A stretch of 64,000 nucleotides of DNA from Candidatus Moraniibacteriota bacterium (GCA_030648835.1 JAUSGT010000001.1:69010-133009); one strand, 5' to 3'; shown: positions 38,616 to 47,924, numbered from the stretch's first letter. Translations and numbers: made by a program. The notes: generated by a model not told the origin, from the letters alone.

Positions 38616-38658
38616 GACTAATCTTGCAATAATATTAATGACGTGTTATTATTAGTGT

Positions 38659-39621
38659 ATGTCTGGTAAACAAGAAATAAAAATAATTCAAGAAACTTTC
38701 GACATAAACGCTATTTATGCAAGACGTGTTTTTGCTTCGGTGAATATTTCAAACTTTTTAGAGGAAGCGAGACAAATTATAACGAGCAAACCAAAGCCAT
38801 TTGTGAAATGGGTTGGGGGGAAGCGACAATTACTCAAGCAGTTTCGACTCCTTGATCTTTATCCACCGGACGAGTTTGATCCTGAGAAGGCAAGATATTT
38901 TGAGCCGTTTGTAGGGGGAGGCGCAGTGTTCTTTGATTTACTTCCGAGAAAGGCTTATTTGTCTGATCTTAATTTTGAGCTTGTCACAACTTATAATGTT
39001 ATTAAAAATGATGTTGAAAAGTTGATTACATCGTTAAAAAAACAAAAATATAATAAAGAGTATTATCTGAAAATCCGTTCAAAAAATCCTGAAAGGTTGT
39101 CTGATCTACAAATTGCTACTCGTTTTATATTTTTGAATCGCGCCGGCTTCAATGGGATGTATCGTGTAAATAGTAAAGGAGGGTTTAATGTTCCTTTCGG
39201 TAAATACGAGAATCCGCTTATTTGTGATGAAAAAAATCTTCGGAAAGTTTCGAAGGCGTTGCAGAATGTTGAAATAAAACACCAAGACTATAAGTTCGTT
39301 TTGAAGAAAGCAAAGAAAAGAGACTTTATATATTTTGATCCGCCATATCATCCAGTAAGTAAAACGGCAGCGTTTACTTCATATACCTCACAAGGTTTTG
39401 GGGAAAAAGAACAAATAGAATTACGTGATACATTTTTGAAACTTCACAAGAGAGGTTGTTTTGTGATGCTTTCAAATTCTGATGCGCCTTTTATTAATAA
39501 AATTTATTCTGAAATTAAAAAATATGGTGTCAGAATTAATAAGGTTGAAGCAGGGCGCGCAATAAATTCAAAGGCTTCTGGAAGGGGTAAGATCACAGAA
39601 ATATTGGTAACTAACTATTAA
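38659..39621 (+). CDS. Dam-family N6-adenine DNA methyltransferase (alpha class)
   Basis: FVKWVGGKRQLL, EPFVGGGAVFF, FLNRAGFNGMYRVN, IYFDPPYHP and LSNSD align with Dam motifs. Confidence 0.9.
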   Translation: MSGKQEIKIIQETFDINAIYARRVFASVNISNFLEEARQIITSKPKPFVKWVGGKRQLLKQFRLLDLYPPDEFDPEKARYFEPFVGGGAVFFDLLPRKAYLSDLNFELVTTYNVIKNDVEKLITSLKKQKYNKEYYLKIRSKNPERLSDLQIATRFIFLNRAGFNGMYRVNSKGGFNVPFGKYENPLICDEKNLRKVSKALQNVEIKHQDYKFVLKKAKKRDFIYFDPPYHPVSKTAAFTSYTSQGFGEKEQIELRDTFLKLHKRGCFVMLSNSDAPFINKIYSEIKKYGVRINKVEAGRAINSKASGRGKITEILVTNY

Positions 39622-39625
39622 TCTT

Positions 39626-40384
39626 ATGGCAAATAATAATTCGTGGAATAAAATTTTCGAAGATAATAATATTTTAGAGCACGATTTTTCTAAAAGCCCT
39701 TTTTATTTGTCTGCAGAAATGATAAAAAAATCAGTACAAGAGTTTAAGAAAACTAATGAGAAAGAGGTGCGTTGCTTATGTAAGATGGATACGCGAGAAA
39801 GCGTTCCAGAAATAATGAGAAGAAATGGATTGGTTTTGTTGCCAGTCAAAAATAAATATTATGTGATAGTAAACGGCGAAGGATATGTCGATATACCTGA
39901 AATCAATAGTGAAGCCGAAATCTACAACACTAAATTGGATTTTGATTTAGACACAGCGAAAATTGGAAACTCAGAAATGCAGCATCTTGATTTTGCTTAT
40001 GCTTCAAGCCTTATTAGAACATTCATGAGCGATCCTTCGCTAGTTCTAACAATTAGAGGGAGGAAATATACACCAGAGTTTAGTTATAAAATTGGTAACA
40101 ATATAATTGATACGAAGGGTGTTCAAACTGAAGTTGATGCCGGTTATGAAGGAAAGGACAAGATTGTTTTGATAGAAGCAAAGAACTCATCTACTAAAAA
40201 TACAATCATTAGACAATTGTATTATCCATATAGACAATGGGCAGAACACACAAAAAAGGAAGTCTTCTTATTATTTTTCGAGAAGAGGATTGATGAATAT
40301 TTGATATGGCAATACAGGTTTGCTGATAAAGACAGCTACGATTCTATTAAATTAGTTAGATCTAAAAAATATAAAATTGTTTAA
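39626..40384 (+). CDS. Putative type II restriction endonuclease (between two MTases; MboI/DpnII-like gene order)
   Basis: Sits between two DNA MTases in an M-R-M arrangement and has a PD-(D/E)xK-like VDAGYEGKDKIVLIEAK. Family not verified. Confidence 0.5.
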   Translation: MANNNSWNKIFEDNNILEHDFSKSPFYLSAEMIKKSVQEFKKTNEKEVRCLCKMDTRESVPEIMRRNGLVLLPVKNKYYVIVNGEGYVDIPEINSEAEIYNTKLDFDLDTAKIGNSEMQHLDFAYASSLIRTFMSDPSLVLTIRGRKYTPEFSYKIGNNIIDTKGVQTEVDAGYEGKDKIVLIEAKNSSTKNTIIRQLYYPYRQWAEHTKKEVFLLFFEKRIDEYLIWQYRFADKDSYDSIKLVRSKKYKIV

Positions 40385-41137
40385 GTGTCTGAAAAAGAGA
40401 TAAAACTGCATCCGGATGAGTTTGAAATGGAGTGCACTACAGTATGGGCATTTCCTCGTCGTGGTAATTGGGCTACACACAAGTCGGATTGGCGTGGTAA
40501 TTGGGCGCCAGAAGTTGCTCGAAATTTGATATTGCGTTATTCAAAGGAGGGTGATCATCTACTAGATTGCATGATCGGTGGTGGAACAACGGCAATAGAG
40601 GCAAAAATATTGAATCGTCATATTACTTGCGTTGATGTTAATGAAGAAGCTCTCAAACGGACAAGAGACGCTTTGAAATTTGATGTTGATAACAAAGCAA
40701 AACAACGAATAATAAAGTGCGATGCTCGAAACATGAGTTTTATCAAGGACGGAGAAATAGATTTTGTTCTCACTCATCCACCATACGCGGATATTATAAA
40801 ATATAGTGATGGAAAATTAGAGGATGACTTATCAGGTATACATAATATAGATGCCTTTGTAGATGAGATGGAGAAAGTTATCAAAGAAATGTTTCGAGTA
40901 CTAAAGAAAGGAAAATATTGTGCGATTTTGATGGGGGATACAAGACGGAATAAAATGTATCAGCCTCTCGCATTTAAGGTAATGGGTAGATGTCTGAGCG
41001 CAGGATTTGTCTTGAAAGAAGATATTATTAAAAGGCAGTTTAACTGTAAAGCAACTGGTTTTTGGGTGAATAGGTCAAAAGAGAGCAACTTTCTTTTAAT
41101 TATGCATGAACACTTATTTATTTTTCAGAAAATTTGA
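40385..41137 (+). CDS. DNA methyltransferase, N4/N6 family (second MTase of R-M module)
   Basis: AdoMet motif LLDCMIGGGTT and catalytic LTHPPYADI. Confidence 0.8.
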   Translation: MSEKEIKLHPDEFEMECTTVWAFPRRGNWATHKSDWRGNWAPEVARNLILRYSKEGDHLLDCMIGGGTTAIEAKILNRHITCVDVNEEALKRTRDALKFDVDNKAKQRIIKCDARNMSFIKDGEIDFVLTHPPYADIIKYSDGKLEDDLSGIHNIDAFVDEMEKVIKEMFRVLKKGKYCAILMGDTRRNKMYQPLAFKVMGRCLSAGFVLKEDIIKRQFNCKATGFWVNRSKESNFLLIMHEHLFIFQKI

Positions 41138-41250
41138 GATGCCAAAAAAGATACCATGAAAGATGTGAAAGATAAAGTAAAAAGATTTATTAATTGCATA
41201 GGTGAAAAACGTGGTGACGTTAATGAAATATTGATCATAAATTATTAAAT

Positions 41251-42924
41251 ATGCTTAACCTATTTAAAACTAAAAAAATACTTCAAGGCCCAGACTGGTC
41301 TTTTCAAGACGAAGCCGTAAAAAAAGTAGTTTCTGATTTTTTAAAGGAGCCACAAAGCAAAAAATTATTAGTCATCCCAACTGGAGGGGGGAAAACTATT
41401 GTTGGTTTTAAGGTCATTAACGAACTAATCGAAAAAGGCTTTCTTAAAAATGGCAAAAAAGCAGTTTGGATAGTTCATACAAAATGGTTAAAAAAACAAA
41501 CTGAACTAAAGCTAGTTTCAGCAATTGAAAAATTTCATTTTAATAAAGAAATACTCAGTATTCTTGAAATAAGAATGAAGTCAGATGCGCGTAATAATAT
41601 TTTTTTAACTCAAAAATCAAAAGAATATAAGATGGTAGTTATTGATGAGGCTCACCATTCAGCTGCAAATACTTACAAAGATTTTTTTAGACCTGATGTA
41701 AATGTACTTGGTCTAACAGCTACGCCCACAAGAACTGATGATCTCACGCTTGATTTTAAGGATATATCGTATGCAATTACTTTTAACGAACTTGTAAAAA
41801 GAAAAGTTATACTTTTACCAAAATTTATTACTGTAGAAACTGGGTTAACTATTGACGCCAGATCATTAAATTACTATTCGGAAAATGATTTTATTAAATT
41901 CGATATTGATGAAAGAAATAATATTATTGCCGAGAAAATATTCTTACTTAAAAGAAATAATAAAAGATCTTTTAATAAAATAATAATTTTCGTTGGATCT
42001 AATGCACATGTTAAGGAATTGTATGAAATACTGAAGAGAAAAAATAAGTTTTATGGAAACTTGTTCAAGTATGTTGGATACATATATAGTGGTGATAATA
42101 ATGATTTAAATATAGATAATGACTCATATTTAGAGAAACAACAGGGAATCAGCTCGTCAATATTAGTTAATTGTATGATTTTAAATGAAGGATACGACGA
42201 TCCTTCTATTGACACGGTAATAATGGCTACACCAAGTAACTCTATACTTTACTATATGCAATGCGTCGGGCGCGTGGTGCGTAATCCGGGTGGGTATAGC
42301 TCGAATGCAAATGTGGTGGAGATGGTAGATAAATTACCAAACATAAATTATAGGATTGATAACCGCTGGCTTTTTGCTGAAATTTCAGATCTCCTAGAGC
42401 CCGAGGTCATTGACGTTAGTTATGACTTTAACAACAAGGCCTCAGTTATTAGGAAGATTCTTTTGGAACACAAGGTCAAAGCTAAATATATTGATTTATT
42501 TGATGAGAAACAAAGCTTAGAGGATTTCACCTTACTCCTATTTGCAGACGCGCCAAATTATGAAGCTTCGACATGGAAGCCAATATATTTATTTGAAAAA
42601 AATCGTTCCAAATATATAGATGCTTTTAATAAAATCTCTGCTAATGTTTCTGAATATTCACGCTATAATGATGAATTTGTTTTTTTCCAGACTCTCAATT
42701 TTTCTAAAGACAATTATTATTTTAGGTATCCAGAAATGCGAATATCTCTCATACTAGCCCTTGAAAGAGCTAATAATTTAAAAAATTTAAAACAAAAGGT
42801 TGATTGTATTAAATACTATACTTTTCATGAAACACAATATAAAGCTTGGTGGAAAATTATTATTTCTTTGCTATTTAAATCATTAACTAAAATTTATGCA
42901 AACCTTAAAGGAAGTAGAGCTTAA
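41251..42924 (+). CDS. SF2 DEAH-box helicase (ResIII-like)
   Basis: Motif I VIPTGGGKT, II VIDEAHH, III LGLTATP and VI QCVGRVVR. Confidence 0.8.
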   Translation: MLNLFKTKKILQGPDWSFQDEAVKKVVSDFLKEPQSKKLLVIPTGGGKTIVGFKVINELIEKGFLKNGKKAVWIVHTKWLKKQTELKLVSAIEKFHFNKEILSILEIRMKSDARNNIFLTQKSKEYKMVVIDEAHHSAANTYKDFFRPDVNVLGLTATPTRTDDLTLDFKDISYAITFNELVKRKVILLPKFITVETGLTIDARSLNYYSENDFIKFDIDERNNIIAEKIFLLKRNNKRSFNKIIIFVGSNAHVKELYEILKRKNKFYGNLFKYVGYIYSGDNNDLNIDNDSYLEKQQGISSSILVNCMILNEGYDDPSIDTVIMATPSNSILYYMQCVGRVVRNPGGYSSNANVVEMVDKLPNINYRIDNRWLFAEISDLLEPEVIDVSYDFNNKASVIRKILLEHKVKAKYIDLFDEKQSLEDFTLLLFADAPNYEASTWKPIYLFEKNRSKYIDAFNKISANVSEYSRYNDEFVFFQTLNFSKDNYYFRYPEMRISLILALERANNLKNLKQKVDCIKYYTFHETQYKAWWKIIISLLFKSLTKIYANLKGSRA

Positions 42925-44044
42925 GTTTGATCAACTTTTACTTGACCCAAATAATCCTCGTTTTGCTAAGCATAGCGATGAGCTTGTTGCTGAAGATGAC
43001 TATGAGGAAATGCAGTCCGAGACCTTTTCAAAGATGATTCAGAGGGAAAACAACTTTGAAATTGCGGAGCTTGCAAAAAATATTAGCAAAAATGGGTACC
43101 TAGGTTTTGACAGGATGTTTGTTAAAAAATTAAAAGGATCTAAGTTTCTAGTTATTGAAGGCAATAGAAGGTTAGCTGCCATTTATTTTCTTCTAAAGCA
43201 GGAAGAATCACACCGCACAAGAGGAGCTCTCGCCCCAGAAATTAAAAAAACATTTTTAAAGATACCCTGTGTTGATCTTACAAATTGGGAAACGGAAGAT
43301 ATAAAGAGGTTGCTTGGCCTCAGACACTATGATTCTGTAAAAGATTGGAGGCCCCTGCCAGGTTCATTCAATCTTTTCTTAACGTATATGGCGGAATATG
43401 CAAAAGTGAACAATATTGAAATCTTGAATAGCGACCACGCAAAGCATTTTATTTATGATCAAAATATTAGTAGAAAGATAGCAGATATCTATGCAATGAA
43501 GGAAGCGAGGGTTAAGTCAATGATCTTAACTTACAGAGTATATCTTCAAGTTTTGGAATATCACAACGATATCAACTTTGAAACAACGAATCTTTTTTCC
43601 ATAATTGAAGAGACTATAAGTAAGGAAATTTTGAGGAAAAGATTTGAGTTTGATCCATCCGCGGGCCAGTTTTCTGAAAATGGACTAGAATTGTTTATTG
43701 ACTTATGTATTGGAAAAGATGGAAGTGCCCCAGTTATAACTGAAGTGTCACGCGGCGAATCTACTCTAAGAGACTATGCTTATGTTCTACAGGAAGGGAG
43801 TGACTACGATCGTGAACGAATAGAGCTGAACAAAGAAAAAAGTGGTGATGTGAAAGCAGATGTTAAATCAAGTCAAAATCAAAGAAATTTAATAAATACT
43901 CTGAAGCAAATTAAATTAGAATTAGGAAAAATTAATCTTGACCAGATAAAGATTGATGATATTACAGACCGTGAAAAAGAAATTATCGATGATCTACAGG
44001 AAACACTGAACAAGCTAAAAGGGGCATCAGGGGGAAAACTTTAA
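42896..44044 (+). CDS. ParB/Srx-fold nuclease-like domain protein
   Basis: LLLDPNNPRF (ParB box I-like) and VIEGNRRLAAIYFL (GxRR motif). 29-nt overlap with the helicase gene. Confidence 0.7.
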   Translation: MQTLKEVELKFDQLLLDPNNPRFAKHSDELVAEDDYEEMQSETFSKMIQRENNFEIAELAKNISKNGYLGFDRMFVKKLKGSKFLVIEGNRRLAAIYFLLKQEESHRTRGALAPEIKKTFLKIPCVDLTNWETEDIKRLLGLRHYDSVKDWRPLPGSFNLFLTYMAEYAKVNNIEILNSDHAKHFIYDQNISRKIADIYAMKEARVKSMILTYRVYLQVLEYHNDINFETTNLFSIIEETISKEILRKRFEFDPSAGQFSENGLELFIDLCIGKDGSAPVITEVSRGESTLRDYAYVLQEGSDYDRERIELNKEKSGDVKADVKSSQNQRNLINTLKQIKLELGKINLDQIKIDDITDREKEIIDDLQETLNKLKGASGGKL

Positions 44045-44049
44045 ATAGT

Positions 44050-44991
44050 ATGAGTGATCTTTACTTTCGAAAAACTTACAGTGAATTCGTTGAGTTTGTT
44101 TCCAACACTAATGATGAACTTATTATCTTATGTCCGTATATAAAACTAGAACCATTAAAATTGCTATTAGAAAAAGTTAAACCAGGAATAAAGGTAATAG
44201 TTGTAGCAAGATGGAAAATTAGTGATTTGGTATTTGGGAGTTCTGATATTGAGGTTTTTGAATATTTGAAAAGTCTTAATCATAGTTTTTACATTAACAA
44301 TAAAATACACCTTAAGGTCATTATTAAAGATAAAAGGAATATATTAATTGGAAGTGCAAATATAACAGGATCTGGGCTTGGGCTGTTTGATAGTTCAAAT
44401 ATTGAGGCTATTGCCATCGAGAGCTTAGATGAGAAGTATTTACCATCAGTATATTCAATACTAAGAGAATCAATAGAAGTCGATGATGTTTTGGTTAATA
44501 CAATATCTGAAAAGTTAGAAGGGTTTCAAAATGTTAGAGAAGAAAAAGACAAAATTACTGCTGAATTGGGGGAATTAGAAAAACAGATATTTATAAAAAA
44601 GAAAAAAGGGATTTTGGTTTATGATTTTCCTTTTACAGGATCGCCGGCAGTACTCCTTAAAGCTATAAATGAAAAAGATATTAATGATACTGTCCAACAT
44701 GATCTTCAGGTATTAAAATTAACTACTAGAGAGATTAATCTTAGTTTATTGAGGGAGGCATTTTTAACGTCAGACGCCTATATTTGGCAAGAACAAAATA
44801 TCCCAGAAGAAGCTCTCTTTGGAAAGTATTCGGAGTTACTTCATAATGCTCTAATTGATGATCCTAAGCCTTATCGAAAACAGGTAAAGGAGTTAGTAGT
44901 AAATATGTTTGTTTGGACATCAGAACTTTCAGACGATTATGTTATAAAAAAATATAATCATACCCAATCTCTAGTCAGGAGACAAAATTAA
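44050..44991 (+). CDS. PLD-family (HKD) nuclease-like protein
   Basis: A single HKD motif HLKVIIKDKRNILIGSAN (H-x-K-x4-D-x6-GSxN). Confidence 0.75.
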   Translation: MSDLYFRKTYSEFVEFVSNTNDELIILCPYIKLEPLKLLLEKVKPGIKVIVVARWKISDLVFGSSDIEVFEYLKSLNHSFYINNKIHLKVIIKDKRNILIGSANITGSGLGLFDSSNIEAIAIESLDEKYLPSVYSILRESIEVDDVLVNTISEKLEGFQNVREEKDKITAELGELEKQIFIKKKKGILVYDFPFTGSPAVLLKAINEKDINDTVQHDLQVLKLTTREINLSLLREAFLTSDAYIWQEQNIPEEALFGKYSELLHNALIDDPKPYRKQVKELVVNMFVWTSELSDDYVIKKYNHTQSLVRRQN

Positions 44992-44999
44992 TATACGGA

Positions 45000-45467
45000 A
45001 TGAAGAAAAGTATTACTGATATCAATTGGATGAGGTTCAAAACGACTAAAGGTCAAGAGTTTGTTGTGGGTGTAGATTTTACCGCAGAAGACGCATTCAT
45101 TAAAGCTAAAGAATTGCGACAAGAAGGAAAAGCAATAGATGCTCTAGGTGTAATCGATGTATCACTTTATTTAGATTGGAATAGGCCTGCTGCACATAAT
45201 ATTAAGGCAAGCATTTTACTTACTTTAAAGCGATTTGGTGAAGCAATTAGTTCGTGTGATGAAGCAATTCGACTGAATCCGAATTTGGCGGAGTCTTTTA
45301 ATAATAAAGCAGTAATATTAAAGGCATCTGAGAATTATGAGGATGCACTTACCTTGATTGAGAAAGCCCTTGATTTAAATCCAGATAATCCCGCACTTAT
45401 TTATAATAAGGAGAGTATTTTAGAAGCTCTGCGAAATCAAAATGGTCTAAATAGGAAAATGGGCTAG
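45000..45467 (+). CDS. TPR-repeat protein
   Basis: Three or more TPR-like repeats (AISSCDEAIRLNPNLAESFNNKAVIL...ALDLNPDNPALIYNK). Confidence 0.7.
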   Translation: MKKSITDINWMRFKTTKGQEFVVGVDFTAEDAFIKAKELRQEGKAIDALGVIDVSLYLDWNRPAAHNIKASILLTLKRFGEAISSCDEAIRLNPNLAESFNNKAVILKASENYEDALTLIEKALDLNPDNPALIYNKESILEALRNQNGLNRKMG

Positions 45468-45543
45468 GTACTTTTTTCTTGCAAAAGGAGTACAAAGGCG
45501 GCACAACTGAATAGCGAACTATCGAGAGAGTGGCGGTGGGGGG

Positions 45544-45572
45544 CTTGCTATTTTCATAAAAGTATGCTATAA
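45544..45572 (+). promoter_or_regulatory. Sigma70-like promoter (TTGCTA-17-TATAAT)
   Basis: Near-consensus -35 and a perfect -10 with 17-nt spacing, about 125 nt upstream of the AbiEii-like gene. Confidence 0.5.
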
Positions 45573-45654
45573 TGGGTGTGTAAAAGAAGAAAAAAATAAA
45601 AACCATCCAAAATATTAAAAGAAGTTAGGAAAGAGCCATATTCACAAGATATTC

Positions 45655-45687
45655 CACACCCCAGTCTTCTGGGGTGTTTTTATTTAT
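45655..45687 (+). terminator. Rho-independent terminator-like hairpin between promoter and AbiEii-like gene
   Basis: ACACCCCAG tctt CTGGGGTGT followed by TTTTTATTTATT, 12 nt before the start codon. Confidence 0.5.
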
Positions 45688-45699
45688 TAACCCACTAGT

Positions 45700-46908
45700 A
45701 TGTTAGGTAAAGAAGAAATTGATCAGAAAGCGGCGGAATTTGGTTTAAATCCTGTAGATGTAGAAAAGGATTATGTTTATGGATGGCTTTTAAATTCCAT
45801 TTACTCGGACTCTTCTTTGGGGGACCTGCTTGTGTTAAAAGGTGGAAATGCTTTAAGAAAAGGTTATCTGCTAGGGACACGGTTTTCTAAAGACCTAGAT
45901 TTTTCTCTAGAAAAAGGAATACAAATAGATTTTCTTCACGAAGAATTAGATAAAGTTTGTTCAGTAGTCAATGCTCAAACTCAAGTAAAATTTGAACTAG
46001 ATCGGACTAGGGTTGAACCTAAGAATCTGCCGATTGCTAACCTTGATGTGTTGGAGGCAAGACTCTATTTTAAGGGTTTTTATGGGGAAGAGACTATTTC
46101 TCTTAAAACGCAACTAGATATCACCCAGTTTGATAAGATCTACCTCCCAGTTCAGTCAAGGAAAATTCTGCATCCTTATTCAGACGCAGAAGCTTGTAGT
46201 GGAAATATCAAATGTCAAAAAGCTGAAGAAATTGTTGCTTCTAAACTTAATAGTCTTCTCCATAGAAGGAAAGTCTGTGATTTATTTGATCTTCTTAAGT
46301 CTACGATGTTTACCAACGATGTTTTGTTGGATAGATCAGAGGTAGTTAAAACTTTTCTGAAGAAGACTATTTATGAGGCTACTCCAGATACACCAAAACA
46401 ACAGCTTCTTAGCACTCCTTTGGAAGAGTTCCGTCCATTTTGGGGAAGTCTGGTGACTCCAAATGCTAGTATCATCCAATTTGATGATGTGGTGGCAAAC
46501 TTCGGAGTTTTAATTAGTAGTTTTTTTGACTTGGTAGCTCCTTTATCTCCACAATTTGTTCCAGCTGGAGCTTTTGGTGGCTCCAGAAGATATGGGTCGT
46601 CTATGATGCGGTATGGGAGTGTGCCTAGTTTTTTCTCAGCTGGTATACGAAATATCATTATTAATGCCGGAAGAACTCAGAAGCTTATTCAGCTTACCTA
46701 TGACAACTATACAAGGTTAGTAGAACCGTATTCAATGGAGTATTATGTTCGAAAATCAGACGGGGTAGGATTGGAATATTTTTGGGGATATGATACAACT
46801 GGTGGAAAATCAGGAGAACAGTCGATAAAGAGGTTCATTTGTGACAAAATACAATTTGCCAAAGAAACAGATAGGGGCTTTAATCCAAGGTTTGCGGTTG
46901 AATTTTAA
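45700..46908 (+). CDS. AbiEii/DUF1814-family nucleotidyltransferase (abortive-infection toxin-like) with ~100-aa C-terminal extension
   Basis: EKDYVYGWLL...LVLKGGNALRKGYLLGTRFSKDLDFS is the AbiEii signature. No AbiEi-like gene is adjacent. Confidence 0.8.
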   Translation: MLGKEEIDQKAAEFGLNPVDVEKDYVYGWLLNSIYSDSSLGDLLVLKGGNALRKGYLLGTRFSKDLDFSLEKGIQIDFLHEELDKVCSVVNAQTQVKFELDRTRVEPKNLPIANLDVLEARLYFKGFYGEETISLKTQLDITQFDKIYLPVQSRKILHPYSDAEACSGNIKCQKAEEIVASKLNSLLHRRKVCDLFDLLKSTMFTNDVLLDRSEVVKTFLKKTIYEATPDTPKQQLLSTPLEEFRPFWGSLVTPNASIIQFDDVVANFGVLISSFFDLVAPLSPQFVPAGAFGGSRRYGSSMMRYGSVPSFFSAGIRNIIINAGRTQKLIQLTYDNYTRLVEPYSMEYYVRKSDGVGLEYFWGYDTTGGKSGEQSIKRFICDKIQFAKETDRGFNPRFAVEF

Positions 46909-46922
46909 TTAGATAGGAAAGT

Positions 46923-47528
46923 ATGAATAATGCCTTTGATGAAATTTTAGAGAAATCGAAACGAGATATGAAAGAAATCTCGGATGAATTTAATGTCAAA
47001 TTTAGAGAATTCGATACTAAGTTGGAATCATCACGGAAACTAAGTATTTCAGCAATATATCAAATAGTTATTCTGTCATCTAGTATCGTTGGATTTTCAG
47101 TGTCCCTTTTTTCGATCCCTGTCTTGCAGTCTAGATTAAATTTGGATAACCTCCGTTTTTCTTGGTATTTTTTTATGTCGGTTATTATGTTAGGATTCTT
47201 TATTCTAATTTTTGAGGGAAGAGCAAAATATGCAAAAACATGGAAAAATTTTCAAGTGAGTAGATTTCCAGATGCGGGTGATTATAATTACACGATTAAA
47301 GAAAAAATTATTGCAACATCTATTGTTATATTAACTATCTTTTATCCTGCGAATTTAATATTCAACAGGGTTTACAAGGAGGAAAGTGAAAAAGCTTTTA
47401 AGCAAAGAATAAACGGATTTGTAGTACACAAATTAGCGAGTATAGAAAACGCATTAATTTTTCTAGAAAACATCCTTTTTATATTATTTATATGTGGATT
47501 AATTATACTAGTTTCAAGTTTTTCATAG
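46923..47528 (+). CDS. Hypothetical membrane protein (201 aa)
   Basis: Four predicted TM segments, AT-rich codon usage like the island. Confidence 0.45.
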   Translation: MNNAFDEILEKSKRDMKEISDEFNVKFREFDTKLESSRKLSISAIYQIVILSSSIVGFSVSLFSIPVLQSRLNLDNLRFSWYFFMSVIMLGFFILIFEGRAKYAKTWKNFQVSRFPDAGDYNYTIKEKIIATSIVILTIFYPANLIFNRVYKEESEKAFKQRINGFVVHKLASIENALIFLENILFILFICGLIILVSSFS

Positions 47529-47669
47529 ATGAAGAAAAGAGAGTCAGATACCTTTTTGATACGAATTTCTCAGTCTCTGGGCTTCCTCCATAGGCGGACA
47601 GGGGGTTTTTGTTTGGGTGTATACTGAACAAATGCAGATGTCATTCAATAATTAAGGCAATAAAAGAAT

Positions 47670-47924
47670 ATGGATGAGCACGTTGAGAAGGAAGGACTCA
47701 AACATCTTGAGAACATAGAGCAGGACCTCGACGAGATAAAAGAACGCACGCCGACGCCGCGGCGTGCTTTTACCTATGGTCTGTGGCAAGGGGCAGGGGC
47801 ACTCATCGGAGGCATTCTGGCGCTGACTCTCTTGGGCTGGGCATTATCGTTCTTCGGGATCATTCCCGGCTTTGCCGATGTTGCCAAGTACTTCCAAGAT
47901 ATTGTGAGCAACTTTCGCCGCTAG
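47670..47924 (+). CDS. Small membrane protein (84 aa)
   Basis: Charged N-terminus plus a double TM hairpin (GLWQGAGALIGGILALTLLGWALSFFGII). Confidence 0.45.
   Translation: MDEHVEKEGLKHLENIEQDLDEIKERTPTPRRAFTYGLWQGAGALIGGILALTLLGWALSFFGIIPGFADVAKYFQDIVSNFRR

Noticed and set aside
39626-40384. Calling the restriction endonuclease specifically DpnII/MboI family (GATC)
   Set aside because: I could not recognise DpnII/MboI sequence similarity by eye. Only the Dam-like partner and the M-R-M order suggest GATC. Left as a generic putative type II REase.
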